Below are positions 1 through 13,429 of a DNA stretch of 64,000 bases, one piece after another; the stretch's first letter is position 1, and each line of letters starts with the position of its first letter. Both the position numbers and the translations under genes were made by a program. Source of the stretch: Octopus sinensis (taxonomy: Eukaryota); assembly GCF_006345805.1 (NCBI RefSeq), contig NC_043001.1, forward strand, positions 86,738,001 to 86,802,000. Reading direction: 5' to 3'. The notes under the pieces were generated by a model. That model ran no database searches and had not been told where the DNA came from. It saw only the letters and a program-made list of their open reading frames with translations.

Positions 1-683
1 TAGTATGAGTTCAAATTCCGCTGAAGTCGTTTGCCTTTCATCCTTTCGGGGTCGATTAAATAAGTACCACTTACGCCCTGGGGTCAATATAATCGACTTA
101 ATCTCTTTGTCTGTCCTTGTTTGTCCCCTCTATGTTTAGCCCCTTGTGGGTAGTAAAGAAACAGATATTCGTTTAGTATGAGTTCAAATTCCGCTGAAGT
201 CGTTTGCCTTTCATCCTTTCGGGGTCGATTAAATAAGTACCACTTACGTACTGGGGGCCGATGTAATCGACTTAATCCCTCTGTCTGTCCTTGTTTGTCC
301 CCTCTATGTTTAGCCCTTTGTAGGCAGTAAAGAAACAGATATTCGTTTAGTATGAGTTCAAATTCCGCTGAAGTCGTTTGCCTTTCATCCTTTCGGGGTC
401 GATTAAATAAGTACCACTTACGCCCTGGGGTCAATATAATCGACTTAATCTCTTTGTCTGTCCTTGTTTGTCCCCTCTATGTTTAGCCCCTTGTGGGTAG
501 TAAAGAAACAGATATTCGTTTAGTATGAGTTCAAATTCCGCTGAAGTCGTTTGCCTTTCATCCTTTCGGGGTCGATTAAATAAGTACCAGTTACGTACTG
601 GGGTTCGATGTAATCGACTTAATCCCTTTGTCTGTCCTTGTTTGTCCCCTCTATGTTTAGCCCCTTGTAGGCAGTAAAGAAAT
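1..683 (+). repeat. Tandem array of a 173/174-bp SINE-derived unit, about 4 copies, with A-B-A-B' dimer structure
   Basis: TAGTATGAGTTCAAATTCCG recurs at 1, 174, 348 and 521. Units 1 and 3 share GCCCTGGGGTCAATATA and GTGGGTAG; units 2 and 4 share GTACTGGGG and GTAGGCAG. The unit matches the body of the SINE at 9530-9725. Confidence 0.95.
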
Positions 684-879
684 ATATTTCATATCCAGGC
701 TTCTTTCTTGCTGCCCAACTTCATTCACTCGAATAATACTGATAACATTAAGTAACTAATAAACTAAGTTATCATCATCATCATCATCTTTATTTTATTT
801 AGCAGTGTCATTGTAAAACGCGTTTTTTTTTTTTTTTTTTGTATCTGTGCCGAGTATGATAATACATGTATAATTATGT

Positions 880-906
880 ACATTCCTACATACATACATA
901 TATACA

Positions 907-938
<32 letters not shown>

Positions 939-1195
939 CATACATACATACGTATATACATACATACATACATACATACATACATACATACATACATACA
1001 TACATACATACATACATACGTATATACATACATACATACATACGTATATACATACATACATACATACATACATACATACATACATACATACATACATACA
1101 TACGTATATACATACATACATACTACATACATACATACATACATTCATACATACATATACATACGTACGTACGTACATACATACAAACGTACGTA
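880..1195. repeat. (ACAT)n microsatellite
   Basis: Direct reading. It accounts for the MYVC/YIHT ORFs in the ORF track. Confidence 0.98.
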
Positions 1196-1857
1196 CGTGC
1201 GTGTGTGTTTGTGCGTGTGTGTTGCATTCGGATAATGTATAATGGATGTGAGAATAGAAACGGTAAAGTCTTGGATTAAATGGTTTTGCTTTATTTAGCT
1301 ATGTTCCTTTGAGTCCTCCTAAGATTGATTCTACTTTATCATCATTGCATATAAAAAAAATCTTTTTTTTAATTTAAATTTAAGTTTCTCCCTTCACCTA
1401 AATTTTAATAATAATTTAATTCTTTAAATTTATTTTTATTTCTCAGTTTCATGCATTGAGTTTTTCTATCTTAATATTACTTTCTCTTTTTCTTTTAGTT
1501 AACTGGAATGGTTTACCACTGGGACATAAAAATTTACTCAAATATCAGAAATTTCACGAAGAATTTGTGCGTGAACTGAACGAAGCATAATTTACAATAT
1601 CGAAAGAGAAAATAATCATATCATTCAAGGAAGAAAAAATTTGAATATGAAATAAAAAGTTTTGCAATAATAAAAAAGTTTTGCAATAATAAATATAAAT
1701 GGTTTTGCAACTTTTACTATCCTTTCAAACGTGGTTCTCGCACTCAGTTACGGTTGGTCAACGACGCCGTAAATATCGAGACTGCTACCATAACTCAAAT
1801 TCTCCTACTATCAGCCATTTCCACAGTAAACACGGAAAGTTAAGAAGGCGAACGAAA

Positions 1858-1984
1858 ATGTCGATAGCAAAAATTTTACTTATTTTATTGGTGTGTGGCA
1901 TATTCTTGCCGTTTCTTTATATTTTCTTGCTCGCTCCGCCAACTATGAAACTAATAAAAGAAAGAGCTTTTAATATGCCTGCAC
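1858..1984 (+). CDS. CHST11: Carbohydrate sulfotransferase (CHST11-like), coding exon 1: short cytoplasmic tail plus type II transmembrane anchor
   Basis: CGAAAATG start, then MSIAKILLILLVCGIFLPFLYIFLLAPPTMKLIKERAFNMPA, then a consensus donor C|GTAAGT at 1985 (phase 1). It supplies the membrane anchor missing from the catalytic exon at 47309. The symbol denotes the closest family member; orthology is untested. Confidence 0.8.
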
Positions 1985-2307
1985 GTAAGTAAAAATCATT
2001 AATTTCTCCCAAATGTTTGTTTTTCGTTTTATGCAATATATATATATATATATATACTTTTCTTTTAATATCATCCTCGCATTTGTTATATCTCCTTCCA
2101 AATTCTCTCCTCCTCCTCTTTAGTTATTTCATATTTCTTTCGGTATCTCTCACTTGAAATGTTTCAAAATATATTAAGTTAGGTTTTTGTTTTTTTTCAG
2201 TGATTTATTAATTATTGTTATTAAGAAGCAAAGAAATTATTTGTATACTATGTATAATTTTTGCCTCATTTCTGTAAACCTTTTTCGCTATTCTGTGTTT
2301 ATGTAGA

Positions 2308-2463
<156 letters not shown>

Positions 2464-2918
2464 TAGAGTGTAACATGTTCTTATAATGTCCCTCTCATCA
2501 GACACCCCTGTGACAAATAAAAGAAATTATTTTTTATTGCGACACTTCTGATTCTTTACGATCAAAGTTCAAAGGCTGCTGAGATCGATTTTGCCTTTCG
2601 TGCTTTTGGGGCCTATAAAATAAATACCAGTTGAGCACTGGAGTCGATGTGAATTTTCTGGCCTTGGGTCTAAATAAGAATGGTACTGCTCTAAGTGTAG
2701 ACTTGTGAGACGAAGGAAAAGGGTTGGAGAGGGCTCGTCCTTGGTATTCAGTGAGATCTTGGCTGGTGGGGTTCCTTGATTATCCCCTAGAGATCATTCT
2801 GTACTAGGAGGACTCATCACTATCTCTTGTAGCAAATAAAAGAAATCATTATCATCATCATTATTATTATTATTACGGGAGTTCAGGCCTTGTGCCTATA
2901 GTAGAAAGGATTATCATT

Positions 2919-3094
2919 ATTATTGTTATTGTTGTTGTTGTTATTATTATTATTATCATTATTCCCTACGTTCTGAGTTCAAATTCCGCCAAGGTCGACT
3001 GTACCTTTCATCCTTTCGGGGTCGATGACACTGGGGTCGATGCAATCGACTGGTCCCCTCTACCAAAATTTCAAAGCCTTGTGCCTTCGGTAGA

Positions 3095-3139
<45 letters not shown>

Positions 3140-3144
3140 CATTA

Positions 3145-3187
<43 letters not shown>

Positions 3188-3739
3188 GACAGAATTCTGC
3201 TTTACGTACTGCATATAACCCTTCACAACCATTTCATTCTAAAGAATTTACAGAAAAGTTTTGCGAATTTGTAACAGACAAGCATTCATATAATTATGCA
3301 CAATTAGAATAAAAAGGAAGTTGTTGCGTGATTTAATGATTAAATAGCTGTTATTTTTAGCACATCTCATGACCACCTCACCTCATACTGTCTTCGATTG
3401 TTTATTAGCGTGCGGGTTGATGTTTTATAACTATTCAATATTTGGTAGATTGAGGTAAATTTCTACTGCGTCACCTGCTACACTTCAGTGTTGTGTTTTT
3501 TTTTATAATGTTGGATGTGTACAAACTCTGCCTGGTACTGTATTGTGTTAGTTGTTTTCAACTCTTGAGATGTGGTTCAGTCTTTTGTATTCAGTGAGAG
3601 GGGACCAGTCGATTGCATCGACTCCAGTGTCATCGACCCCGAAAGGATGAAAGGTACAGTCGACCTTGGCGGAATTTGAACTCAGAACGTAGGGAATAAT
3701 GATAATAATAATAATAACAACAACAACAATAACAATAAT
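2919..3739. repeat. 143-bp inverted repeat pair (2919-3061 and 3597-3739): internally deleted SINE plus flanking microsatellite
   Basis: The arms are reverse complements with one mismatch seen (ACACTGGGGTCG vs ACACTGGAGTCG); the spacer is 535 bp. Confidence 0.9.
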
Positions 3740-3989
3740 TGCTTGTATTGTGTTCCGTGTGTAATGCTTTATTTATTTGACTTTCCGGTAAAAGTTTATT
3801 TGACTTCCCGGTAAAAGTTTATTTTACTGGGTAAATGCCGTATAGAGTGTCTTGTTTTTGTGGGTTGTTTTGTTTAGGTTGTATATGTTATTATTATTAT
3901 TATCATTATTATTATAAAAAGATTGACTTAGCTCTTCACGAAGGTAAATGGACAATACGAAGAGCGCGATGCGATTGCAATAGATATTT

Positions 3990-4460
3990 TATTGGTTTGA
4001 TCTCAGTTTTTGTTGTAATTCCTTTAGTCTTGCATACGTAGAGGACTTGCTGTCTGCATCCTACGGTACCATACTATCTGTTCTTTTCAACTATCTAATA
4101 CTTTCCTGATTATAAATTCTGGCCGTGCCTACAGTTCTACTGGGCACTCTATTCCGATTTCCTTTATATTCCTCTTGATGCTTTCTGACACTGGTCCAAA
4201 GGGCCCAACAATAATTGGCACTATCTTCACCTTCTTCATTTTTCATTTCGTACTTAAGAGCATTGTATATATCTATTTTTTCGCCTTCCTTCTTGACTAT
4301 TCGTGGGGAAAAGGGCCACGCAACACCAACTATATAGTACATGTGGTACATCTTGTCCACCGATCTGTTATGCTCTAGCACCTGATCTGTTTTGATTGGG
4401 AAATCCCATGCGTTTGTCTCTAAAAAGAGATGACACTGTTTGGACTCTGACTCTGATCGC
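3990..4460 (-). mobile_element. Decayed R4/Dong-type LINE, 3' end (restriction-like endonuclease region)
   Basis: ORF 4091-4510 contains WDFPIKTDQVLEHNR...RIVKKEGEKIDIYNALKYEMK, a degenerate version of the WD.PI.TD...NRPD...EK..KY.DL REL motif seen intact at 5575-6039. Confidence 0.7.
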
Positions 4461-4764
4461 AACATAAAATAGCTGTTTCCTACTATATAACGAAAACTAC
4501 TGCATTCCATTAAAAAATAAGGAAGCCGTGAGTGACAAAATTTTATACGAGAATAAACTATGCTATTACACTCACTGTAAAATATTTCTTGGCGCTACTT
4601 TGAGATATTAATTCCATATGTTTGTTTTAATGTTGTTTCATACAAAATTATTATAGTATTGCTTGGTGAATAGTACAAGAGGTGGAGATGTATATATTCT
4701 GTGTTTGTATAAAGAGAGGGTCACAAGAAACAAATGACATCAAAATCTCTCCCACATAATAATG

Positions 4765-4821
<57 letters not shown>

Positions 4822-5189
4822 TAATAATAATAACATATACAACCTAAACAAAACAACCCACAACTACAGTTTTCAATGTATGTCGACAATGTACGGAAAC
4901 GGGAAATTTTATATTCCGAGTGTTCAAGTGCTTTATGATGGCAGTTGATATAAAATGCCTAGTAAACTGTTTTACCTTACCTTACTAGTGATGTGGCATG
5001 GCCGTCCTGTGCGATAACCAAATTGGTCGCCCTCTTCTTTAAACAAAGCACACCTTCGTCTACAGCAGTGGTTCTCGACCGGGGTCTATATGGCCCTTGG
5101 GGGTCCATATAAGATTTTGTCGTTAAAATGTATCTACAATAAATTTGTTATACTTTTATTTTTTATTTATTTATGTGCCCTTTTCAAGC

Positions 5190-5440
5190 CTAGCCAGGCT
5201 CATGGGCCCAGTTTCCCGGTTTCTATGGTGCATGTGTTCTCTCCTGCTGGACGGGACGTCAGTCCATCGCAGCGTTACTCAAGAAACAGGAAGAAAGAGT
5301 GAGAGAGAAAGTTGGGGCGCAAGAGTACAACAGGGGTCGCCACCACCCCCTGCCGGAGACTCGTGGAGCTTTAGGTGTTTTCACTCAATAAACACACACA
5401 ACGCCCGGTCTGGGAATCGAAACCGCGATCCTCCGACCGC
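5190..5440 (-). mobile_element. tRNA-derived SINE
   Basis: The reverse complement has the B-box GGTTTCGATTCCC, followed by a SINE body and a CT-rich tail. Confidence 0.65.
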
Positions 5441-5444
5441 AAGT

Positions 5445-6228
5445 CAATTACGACAAGATGCGCCTTCGTCAAAACAGTTGCTCCCGCAAAACAAATTAAA
5501 TAAAATTTGGGATTTGTGGAGGGTCAAAGCTGGTAACATGTAATGAAAAGAAATATAACAAGTAACTGCAGAATATGTGGAGATGGACAAAAACAATAAA
5601 TCATATTATCTCTAGCTGCCCAGTCCTGGCTAAGAAGGAATATATTCACAGACATGACAGAGTTGGAACCTACATACATTGGAAGCTATGCCAACATTAT
5701 GAAATAACAACAGAAAAAAGATGGTATAGGCACACACCAGAAAAGGTCACAGAAAACGAGAAAGCAACCATACTCTGGGATATGCCGATACACACAGATA
5801 GAGAAATTAAGGCCAACAGACCAGATATAGTTGTCAGAGATCATGAAGAAAAAAAATGCTTTCTAATTGATGTATCAATACCGGCAGATGACAATGTGTC
5901 TCTAAAAGAAATGGAGAAACTCTCAAAATACAAAGACCTGGAAATAGAGGTAACCAGAATGTGGAATCTAAAAACAGAAACAATTCCTATCATAGTAGGT
6001 GCATTAGGCATGATAAAAAATATTCAGACAAATACATAACAAAAACACCAGGACTTACAAACACATATAACATACAGAAAATTGCATTACTAGGCACTGC
6101 ACACATCCTACGCAGAACACTTTCCATACAATAACCATCAGAGCATCACAACAAATCACAGCACATACCTAAGGCACACAGAGCTGCGCTCGTTAGTGAA
6201 GTGAAAGCACGCTATAAAAATAAAACTA

Positions 6229-6272
<44 letters not shown>
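5445..6272 (+). mobile_element. R4/Dong-clade LINE, 5'-truncated (CCHC knuckle plus REL endonuclease), ending in (TAA)n
   Basis: HIISSCPVLAKKEYIHRHDRV; RPDIVVRDHEEKKCFLIDVSIPADDNVSLKEMEKLSKYKDL; PIIVGALG. The 3' end runs into (TAA)n, the known Dong target. Confidence 0.9.
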
Positions 6273-6274
<2 letters not shown>

Positions 6275-6827
6275 CCCTGATGCAGTACCAGGCAGTGGCT
6301 CTCATGGCTTCTGATCTTAACTGATTGGAAGTGTTATCATGTACATTGTTTTATCTTGGTATAAAAGATGGGCTACAGCAAATATTCTGCTCAATACCAC
6401 AGATTTGCTTGTCAGTTGTTTGACCTTAACCAGTTGAGCATGTCCCTTAGTGGCTGACGATATGTGCATCTCCGATCACGAGCAGAAGTAGTGGGGGAGC
6501 ATCATAGCCATGTGTTGAGAGGGATTCTTTGGGGTTTGAATAGTTCACCTCTGGAAACATGGGTGGTTCTTTCAACATCCTTAAACAACCCTTATTCAGG
6601 GACCTTTTGAGCGGGATGGGCTACTCAACCTGAAGAAAATTCTAACTGGGCCCCACCTGCAAGGTCACGTGCTGTTTGTCTTGATGTGAGATCACCGTGT
6701 CGCGCACATATGGTTGTGATGCATGTGCCTGGTGTACCTTTATCAGACGGGTGGTCATGATGGGTATATTGGGCTTCGTATATTTTACCCCAGTGTCACT
6801 TTGATGGCATGAACTGCTCTCTCACTC

Positions 6828-6828
<1 letters not shown>
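6273..6828 (+). mobile_element. About 555-bp non-coding interspersed element embedded in (TAA)n
   Basis: Flanked by (TAA)n on both sides. A diverged reverse-complement copy lies at about 62400-62935, also in a TAA/ATT context. Confidence 0.8.
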
Positions 6829-6871
<43 letters not shown>

Positions 6872-6873
<2 letters not shown>

Positions 6874-8752
6874 GGCATGACGTGGATCAACTATAAGAAA
6901 GCGTGTGACATGATCCCCCGTTCCTGAATTTTAGAAAGTCTTGAGCTGGTACAGGTGTCTGATAACATCAAGTTTTAATGAGATCAAGGAAAAACTGGAA
7001 TACAGAGTTAACTTCATGTGGAAAATTTTTGGTGGGTGTTAACATCAAGAAAGGCATATTTCAAGGAGATAGCCTATCACTATTGCTGCTTGTGATTTGT
7101 ATGATGCCCCTCAAACATACACTACAGAAAGTGACATCAGGGTACACCTTGAAAAGTGGAGGAAAATTTAATCATCTGTTATATGTGGATGACTTTAAGA
7201 TCTTTGAGAAGACCGAACGTGAAATAAATGGCCTGGATTCAACAGTGCGGATATACAGTAAGGATATGGGAATGGAATTTGAGACTAAAAAGTGTGGTAT
7301 GCTTATAATGCAAAAAGGCAAAGTAGTGTCCTCTGATTGTTTAGAACTACACAACTGCGAGAAAATCAAGGATATTGAGACTAATGAATAGAAGTATCTG
7401 GGTATTTTGGAATACAACAAAATGAAGGAAAACTTTGGACGAGTATATCTCAGAAGAACCAAATTAATTGTGGAAAGTAGACTCAATGGAAAAAACAAGA
7501 TTAGGGCAATGAATACATGGGCTGTTTCCTTAATGCGATATGGCGCGGGTGATGTTAGGTGGACAAAGAACGAACTTGAGAAAATGCACAGGAAAAGCGG
7601 AAAAGTTATGGTAATTAACAAGAAACTACACCCGTAAAGCGATACTGACACGCTGTATGTGCCTAGGGACAAGGGAGGAAGAGGCCTCATAGAATGCAAG
7701 ATCTGTGCTGTTTGGGATGGTACATCAAACAGCAGAGTGAATCCTTGCTTGCTACTGTTAGAATTAGCAATACAGTACCTACCGAAAATGTGATACACCC
7801 ACAAACATTTAAGAAACAAGATGAAGAAGAAAGGATAAACAAATGGAAATGAAATCACTGCATGGACAATACCTCAGAGAAACCGAAGGAAAAGACGAGA
7901 ATAACACGTGGAGATGGCTAAGAAAAAATGATCTGAAAGGATGCGTTGAGACATTGATATGCAGCGCCCAGGAACAAGCTCTGAGAACTAATTACACCAA
8001 GTTCTAAATAGTTAAGAGCAGCGAGTCGCCCCTTTATAGGATGTGTAGCGGTAAAAATTAAACGATCTCACACACTGTGAGTGAGTACAGCAAGCTGGTC
8101 CAAAAGTATTACAAAAGGAGACATGATAATGGTTAAGTTTGTTCACTGGATGCTATGTGAAAAGTACGGCCTGACCAGAGCACGGAAATAGTACGAACAT
8201 GAAGCAGGAGGAGTCACCAAAGACAAGGAATATAAGATACTGTGGGATTTTACAATCCAGTGTGACTCCCTAATCGATGCTCGGAGACCAGATATTGTTG
8301 GGGTAGATAAAGGAAAACAAGAAACCTAGAGTATAGATAATGCGATAGGTGGGATGCACGGATAAGTGAGAAAGAACTAGAAAAGATTGAAAAGTACAGA
8401 TTACTAAAAGATGAACTTGCAAGAATGTCGACTATGAGGAGAGTGTCATGCTAGAAGTTGTAGGGGGACCCGGAGCACTAACAATCAAGTTCTAGAAATA
8501 TGTCAGAAAAATTGGAATAGACATGAGAGCAGAGGAAGCCCAAAAGGCTGCTCTGCTGGGGATAGCTAGGATTTTGAGATTGGTAACTGGATGTTGAATG
8601 TCTTCCACGATAATTAACAACCAGCTATCAAAGCTTATAATGTGCGGAAAGAGACCCTGTGAGACCTCTGACAGGCTACTGTCCGCTTTCACAGAATCAA
8701 CCTGAACAAACAAGACCGAGCACTCTGAAAAGTAAAACAATAATAATAATTC
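6872..8752 (+). mobile_element. Decayed R4/Dong-clade LINE (RT through REL)
   Basis: IKKGIFQGDSLSLLLLVICM, NHLLYVDDFKIF, KKCGML, LNGKNKIRAMNTWAVSLMRYGAG and RPDIVG motifs, with stops and frameshifts; short TAA tail. Confidence 0.9.
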
Positions 8753-8941
8753 TCTCTACTTTTGGCACAAGGCCAGCAATTTGTGTGTGTGTGTGTGTGT
8801 GGTTTTGGTGGGTTAGTCGATACCATCGACCCACGAACTAAACTGGTGTTATATTTCTCACAAGGATGAAAAGCAAAGCCAGGGAATCATGTCACGTTTT
8901 CTTATAGTTGATCTACTTCATGTCCATTATTATCATTATTA

Positions 8942-8978
<37 letters not shown>

Positions 8979-9008
8979 GTTATCATCACTATCATTATCA
9001 TTATTATC

Positions 9009-9046
<38 letters not shown>

Positions 9047-9529
9047 AATTATTATTACTACAGGGATGAAAAGCAAATCGGCGGGATTTGAATTCAGAAT
9101 GTAAAGAACCTGAACAAATATCGCAAAGCATTATTTCCGATGTTCTCGCGATTCTCTCATACGAAAGAGTTCTTAATGCACAGAGCATTAATTTTGAAGA
9201 ATGAGTAGAAATGTAGCAAAATTGAACCCAGGGTAGATCGTTATTTTATCGAATTTTGGAACTCAAAAAGTTAATGGAGTAGGACTATTTGTTTTCACCC
9301 TTGAGATATAAAAGTAATTTAATAGATTCGATTGCCTTTTTATCAGTGACTTTTAGCTGACATAGTTTTTTAATTGTAAGTAACATACATAATAGTTTTG
9401 TGGTTGAACGATGATCTATGTATAACAAAACGAATAATTGCGTGTAGGTAATGCACTCTCTATAATTATATGCTATTAACTCTATCACAGCCCGAGACAA
9501 ATGGCGGACATATAATAATATTCTATTAG

Positions 9530-9725
9530 GTTTAAGGCGGCGAGATGGCAGAAACGTTAGCACGCCGGGCAAAATGCTCAGCAGTATTTCGTCTGTCTTT
9601 ACGTTCTGAGTTCAAATTCCGCCGAGGTCGACTTTGCCTTTCATCCTTTCGGGGTTGATAAATTAAGTACTAGTTGCATACTGAGGTCTATCTCATCGAC
9701 TGCCCCCCTCCCCCAAAAGTTCGGT
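9530..9725 (+). mobile_element. tRNA-derived SINE (GAGTTCAAATTCCGCCGAGGTCGACTTTGCCTTTCATCC family)
   Basis: A-box-like head and B-box GAGTTCAAATTCC. Many related copies occur in the window. Confidence 0.85.
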
Positions 9726-9951
9726 TTTTCTCTCCATTTCTTCTTTAGTATGTTTTGTAGTTCTGTTTTCATGTTGTTTTTGTCTCTTCGACCATCTCTG
9801 CTATGTTGTCATCTGAGGTCAGTGTATCACTGTAGTTTGTTCTGTTTTGTATTTTGTCGCCTCCTTGTTTTCTTTTTCTGTTGTTGCTTTCTTACATATA
9901 GCAGTCTCCACTTTTGTTTCTAAGTACTTTTCCAATTCAACAGTTGTTATT

Positions 9952-10053
<102 letters not shown>

Positions 10054-10159
10054 TGTTTGTATCTGCTTTGGGGTGGTAACTTCAGTATGCTGTTTATAGT
10101 TTTCTGGTTTTTCTAAGTTTTTCAATACACTGATCATCAAGTTTATTATGTTGAAGCTG

Positions 10160-11110
10160 TAATTTATGATTTGGTATGACTTACCGTTTTTAACATTGAG
10201 TTCAGTGTTTAATGATATTAGTCTAACTTTTCTGTAATACTCTCATCTAATTTTCTCTTTCATTTCTGTATGTTGCATTTTAGCTGTTTCGTCTACTCTT
10301 AGATATTTATATAGGTGATTATGGTCTAATTCTCTGATTTCTATGTCTATGTCAAGTGCAGCATTTTCAGTGCTGATTAATTTACCTCTTTTCAGTGCCA
10401 CTTCGGCACATTTGTCCAGCCCAATGCCCATCCTATTCTATGGTATTTTTAGTGAAAATTGTTAAGTAATCTAAGTACAAGAGATAATTTATTGTTTGTC
10501 CATAGCACCTATAACCCATGGTGGTTTCATTTAACGAGTTTGTTAGCGGGGTCAGAGGAAAGCAGAAAAGCAGGGGCGATAGCTAATCTCCTTGGAAAAC
10601 CCCGCTTCTTACGGGTATAGGACAGGTTTTAATGACTTGTGATTCATTTTTCTATGTTATACTGGTTTTCCAGTTTGCTATTGCATGTTTGATATATTTT
10701 AGTACTGTTGGAGCTACTTTATCTTAGTGTGAAACACTGTCGAATGCTTTCAGGTAATCGATCCAAATGATGTTCAGGTTCGTTTTTCTCCTCTTACAGT
10801 CCTCTATAATGGTTCAGTTTGCCAGAAGTTGCTCCTTACAACCATTCATCCATCTCCAGCACCCCTTTTGTTCTTCTGGTAAAACATTGTGGTTTTGCAG
10901 GTGTATTATTACACATCTCACGCGAGAGACATACCAAACCCATATCGATATTTTTGCGAAGACCCAACGTATACGATGCAGTGTGGTAGTCAGGACATGC
11001 TGAATTTTCATATCTATTCAGAATGTTTCTGTACGTACATCTATAGATTTTAGTGAGATCCACCGCAGCAAGGTAGATTAAGGAAAAGATTTTTCATAAG
11101 TTCATACTTA
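10160..11110 (-). mobile_element. Decayed R4/Dong-clade RT fragment
   Basis: Reverse-strand LPEEQKGC...GCKEQLL, WIDYLKAFDSVSH, GVFQGD.LSPLLF, GLDKCA and YKYL motifs. Confidence 0.85.
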
Positions 11111-11199
11111 CCTTTGAAATACTAAAGATGAAGACCCAGAAGTTGTTCTTTTTGAAGAGGACGAGATATATAACATAATTGCTAAGATTGGGATAGATT

Positions 11200-12000
11200 T
11201 CGATTGAGAAAGAGAGAGATAGAGAATTTCTTTATTCACCATAGGGTTGAGAAAAAGAGGGGACAATACGGAGACAGATAAAACAAACGTTGGGGTTAGG
11301 GTATCGAATGAGACGAAACGTATGAATAAACAAACAATTAAAATATATACAATTAAATGAGAATGAGTGATTAACAAATAATGAAGCGGAAGACGCGGTT
11401 GACCCCACAAACCACATACTCACACTGAAGACCTTGCTTTCTCCTTTTTCACATTCTCGTTTAAACAGGTTCTTTCACTCGCAACATACTTGCTATATAT
11501 TTCCATCTTTTACGAAACACACTTTGCGACAGGCATTTCTTCTCCAGCCTTATTTTCCGTTTCATGTGGAAAACGAAAAAGTCGATTAGCTCGAGACTGG
11601 AGATGGACACGCCTGTTGCAATTCCTTTCACTCTCGTCTTCCATACTACCTCTTTCGCCACAGCAACTACCGAGAGAAAACTGGCTCGCTTCTCTCTATT
11701 CAGGGAGGTCGGCGGAACGATCTTAATTACAGATTCGCTCGACAGTTGTACTTTTCTCGAATGCGACAGCAGGTGTTCAACATAAGCCCAGAGTTCAGTC
11801 ACCTTGGGGCATTGCACAATCGCGTGGTCCCTCTTGCATCTTGCACAAACCGGCGAAGGTGCACACCCATGTCTAAAGAGCTTATCTCGAACCGGTAAAG
11901 CTCCTCTGTAACATTGCCATGCAGAGTGTTGTGGTGATAGGAGCAATCTGTATATCTCTGCACAAGTCATACGCCAGCCTGGCTGAGTATTATACTGCAC
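11200..12000 (-). mobile_element. L1/Tx1-type LINE 3' fragment (zf-RVT region plus 3' UTR)
   Basis: ORF 11461-12000: WQCYRGALPVRDKLFRHG...CARC...HAIVQCP..ELW, the RT zinc-binding region typical of Tx1/L1; AATAAA near 11230 on the minus strand. Confidence 0.8.
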
Positions 12001-12654
12001 ATACTAACAACGTATATGGTTCGATGACAACATGACCATTTTCCATCTTTTCACGGCATGGAACCTCAACAAATATACATATCAAAGTTACACTTTCATC
12101 CTTTTCACTCTTTGGTCATGTCTAACACAGATAAGCTAAAAATTGCTACAAAAGCTGGGTCTCACAATCTCTGATAATCTGTCATCTCAATCCATACTGG
12201 TGTATAAATACTCTGTATAGGACGGTGTTGCTGCTTCCTACACAAACATTACAGTCCTCATTCAGATGAACAATTCTTTTGACTGTCAACGAGTCCATCA
12301 TCAACAGGCTTCAATCATTTGCTAACAGACGCACTGTTTCATCTCTTCATACTCTATCTCGATCCTAATGACCGTTACTTCTTTAAATTATCCTTGTATA
12401 TTCACTCACATTCATTCAACATTCATTTAAACATATCTTCCTTAGTTCCTGACCCGTCACCCTTTCTGTAACTTATCTTTCAGACGCTACTCTTCGTCCA
12501 CTCACTCCTCTAGAATTCCATATGCACCTTTTTTTTTGTCTTTTGTTTTTCTCCTTTCGTTCAAACACTAGCCTTCTGTTGTTCAAACTGAACATCAACC
12601 ACATCATTTGTCTCCAGCCTAAGAAATATTGCGAGGTTCACTGGCAGTGACGCT

Positions 12655-12930
12655 CCTCTGCTGACTGTTTTTATACTTTATCTTTTAGTTGTTTCACTCA
12701 TTGGACTGCGACCAGGCTGGTGTCATGCACCGCCTTTAAGGGTTTAGTAGAATAAATCGACCCCAGTACTTATTTTACAAGCCAAATATGACTGTCATTT
12801 TCTTTTGCCGAACGGCTAAGTTACGGGGACGTAAACAAGACAACTCTGATTGTCAAGCGGTAGTGGCCACAAACACGAACACGCTGCGCGCGCACACACA
12901 CGCACGCACGACTCGCGCGCGCGCACATAT

Positions 12931-12960
<30 letters not shown>
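12655..12960 (-). mobile_element. Partial SINE (microsatellite-containing family)
   Basis: Reverse complement of the 3' half of the SINE at 15268-15640. Confidence 0.8.
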
Positions 12961-12980
<20 letters not shown>

Positions 12981-13429
12981 AAAAAATGAAGTTCGAAAAT
13001 GCTGCTATATTATACAATTTTTTATTTTTATATATACATTATAACATGTTTCAGTTCCTGAAATGAACCTTATCAAAAAAAGTTATATATAAAAAAAGAC
13101 AGCTCATGCCGTCAAACACAAGAAATTCATTTATAATACACAACGGAGTCAGACATCTTAGAGTTCATGTATAGTTGATATATAGTTTGAAGTAAGTTCA
13201 TTCATGCTATATGTTCAAAGTGTTCGATGCAGTGGCCCACGGTGGCGATACGTATTCAATACAAAAAACAGATCAAAGTGGTGGAAAGCAGTCAATACAG
13301 AAGATTGATGTTTCCGAAAGAGCGAGGAATTCATTTTTACCTTAAGAAATTGTGATGACCCATGGTGGGTGTTCGCTGGGTGGTTCTAGTGAGTTTTGTG
13401 AAGTGCTCGGTTTTATAATGCCTGTTAGG

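Noticed and set aside
1699-1857. In-frame upstream ATG extending CHST11-like exon 1 by 53 aa
   Set aside because: The extension does not look like conserved protein, and this family normally has a short cytoplasmic tail. ATG 1858 has a good A-rich context. Not excluded without TSS data.
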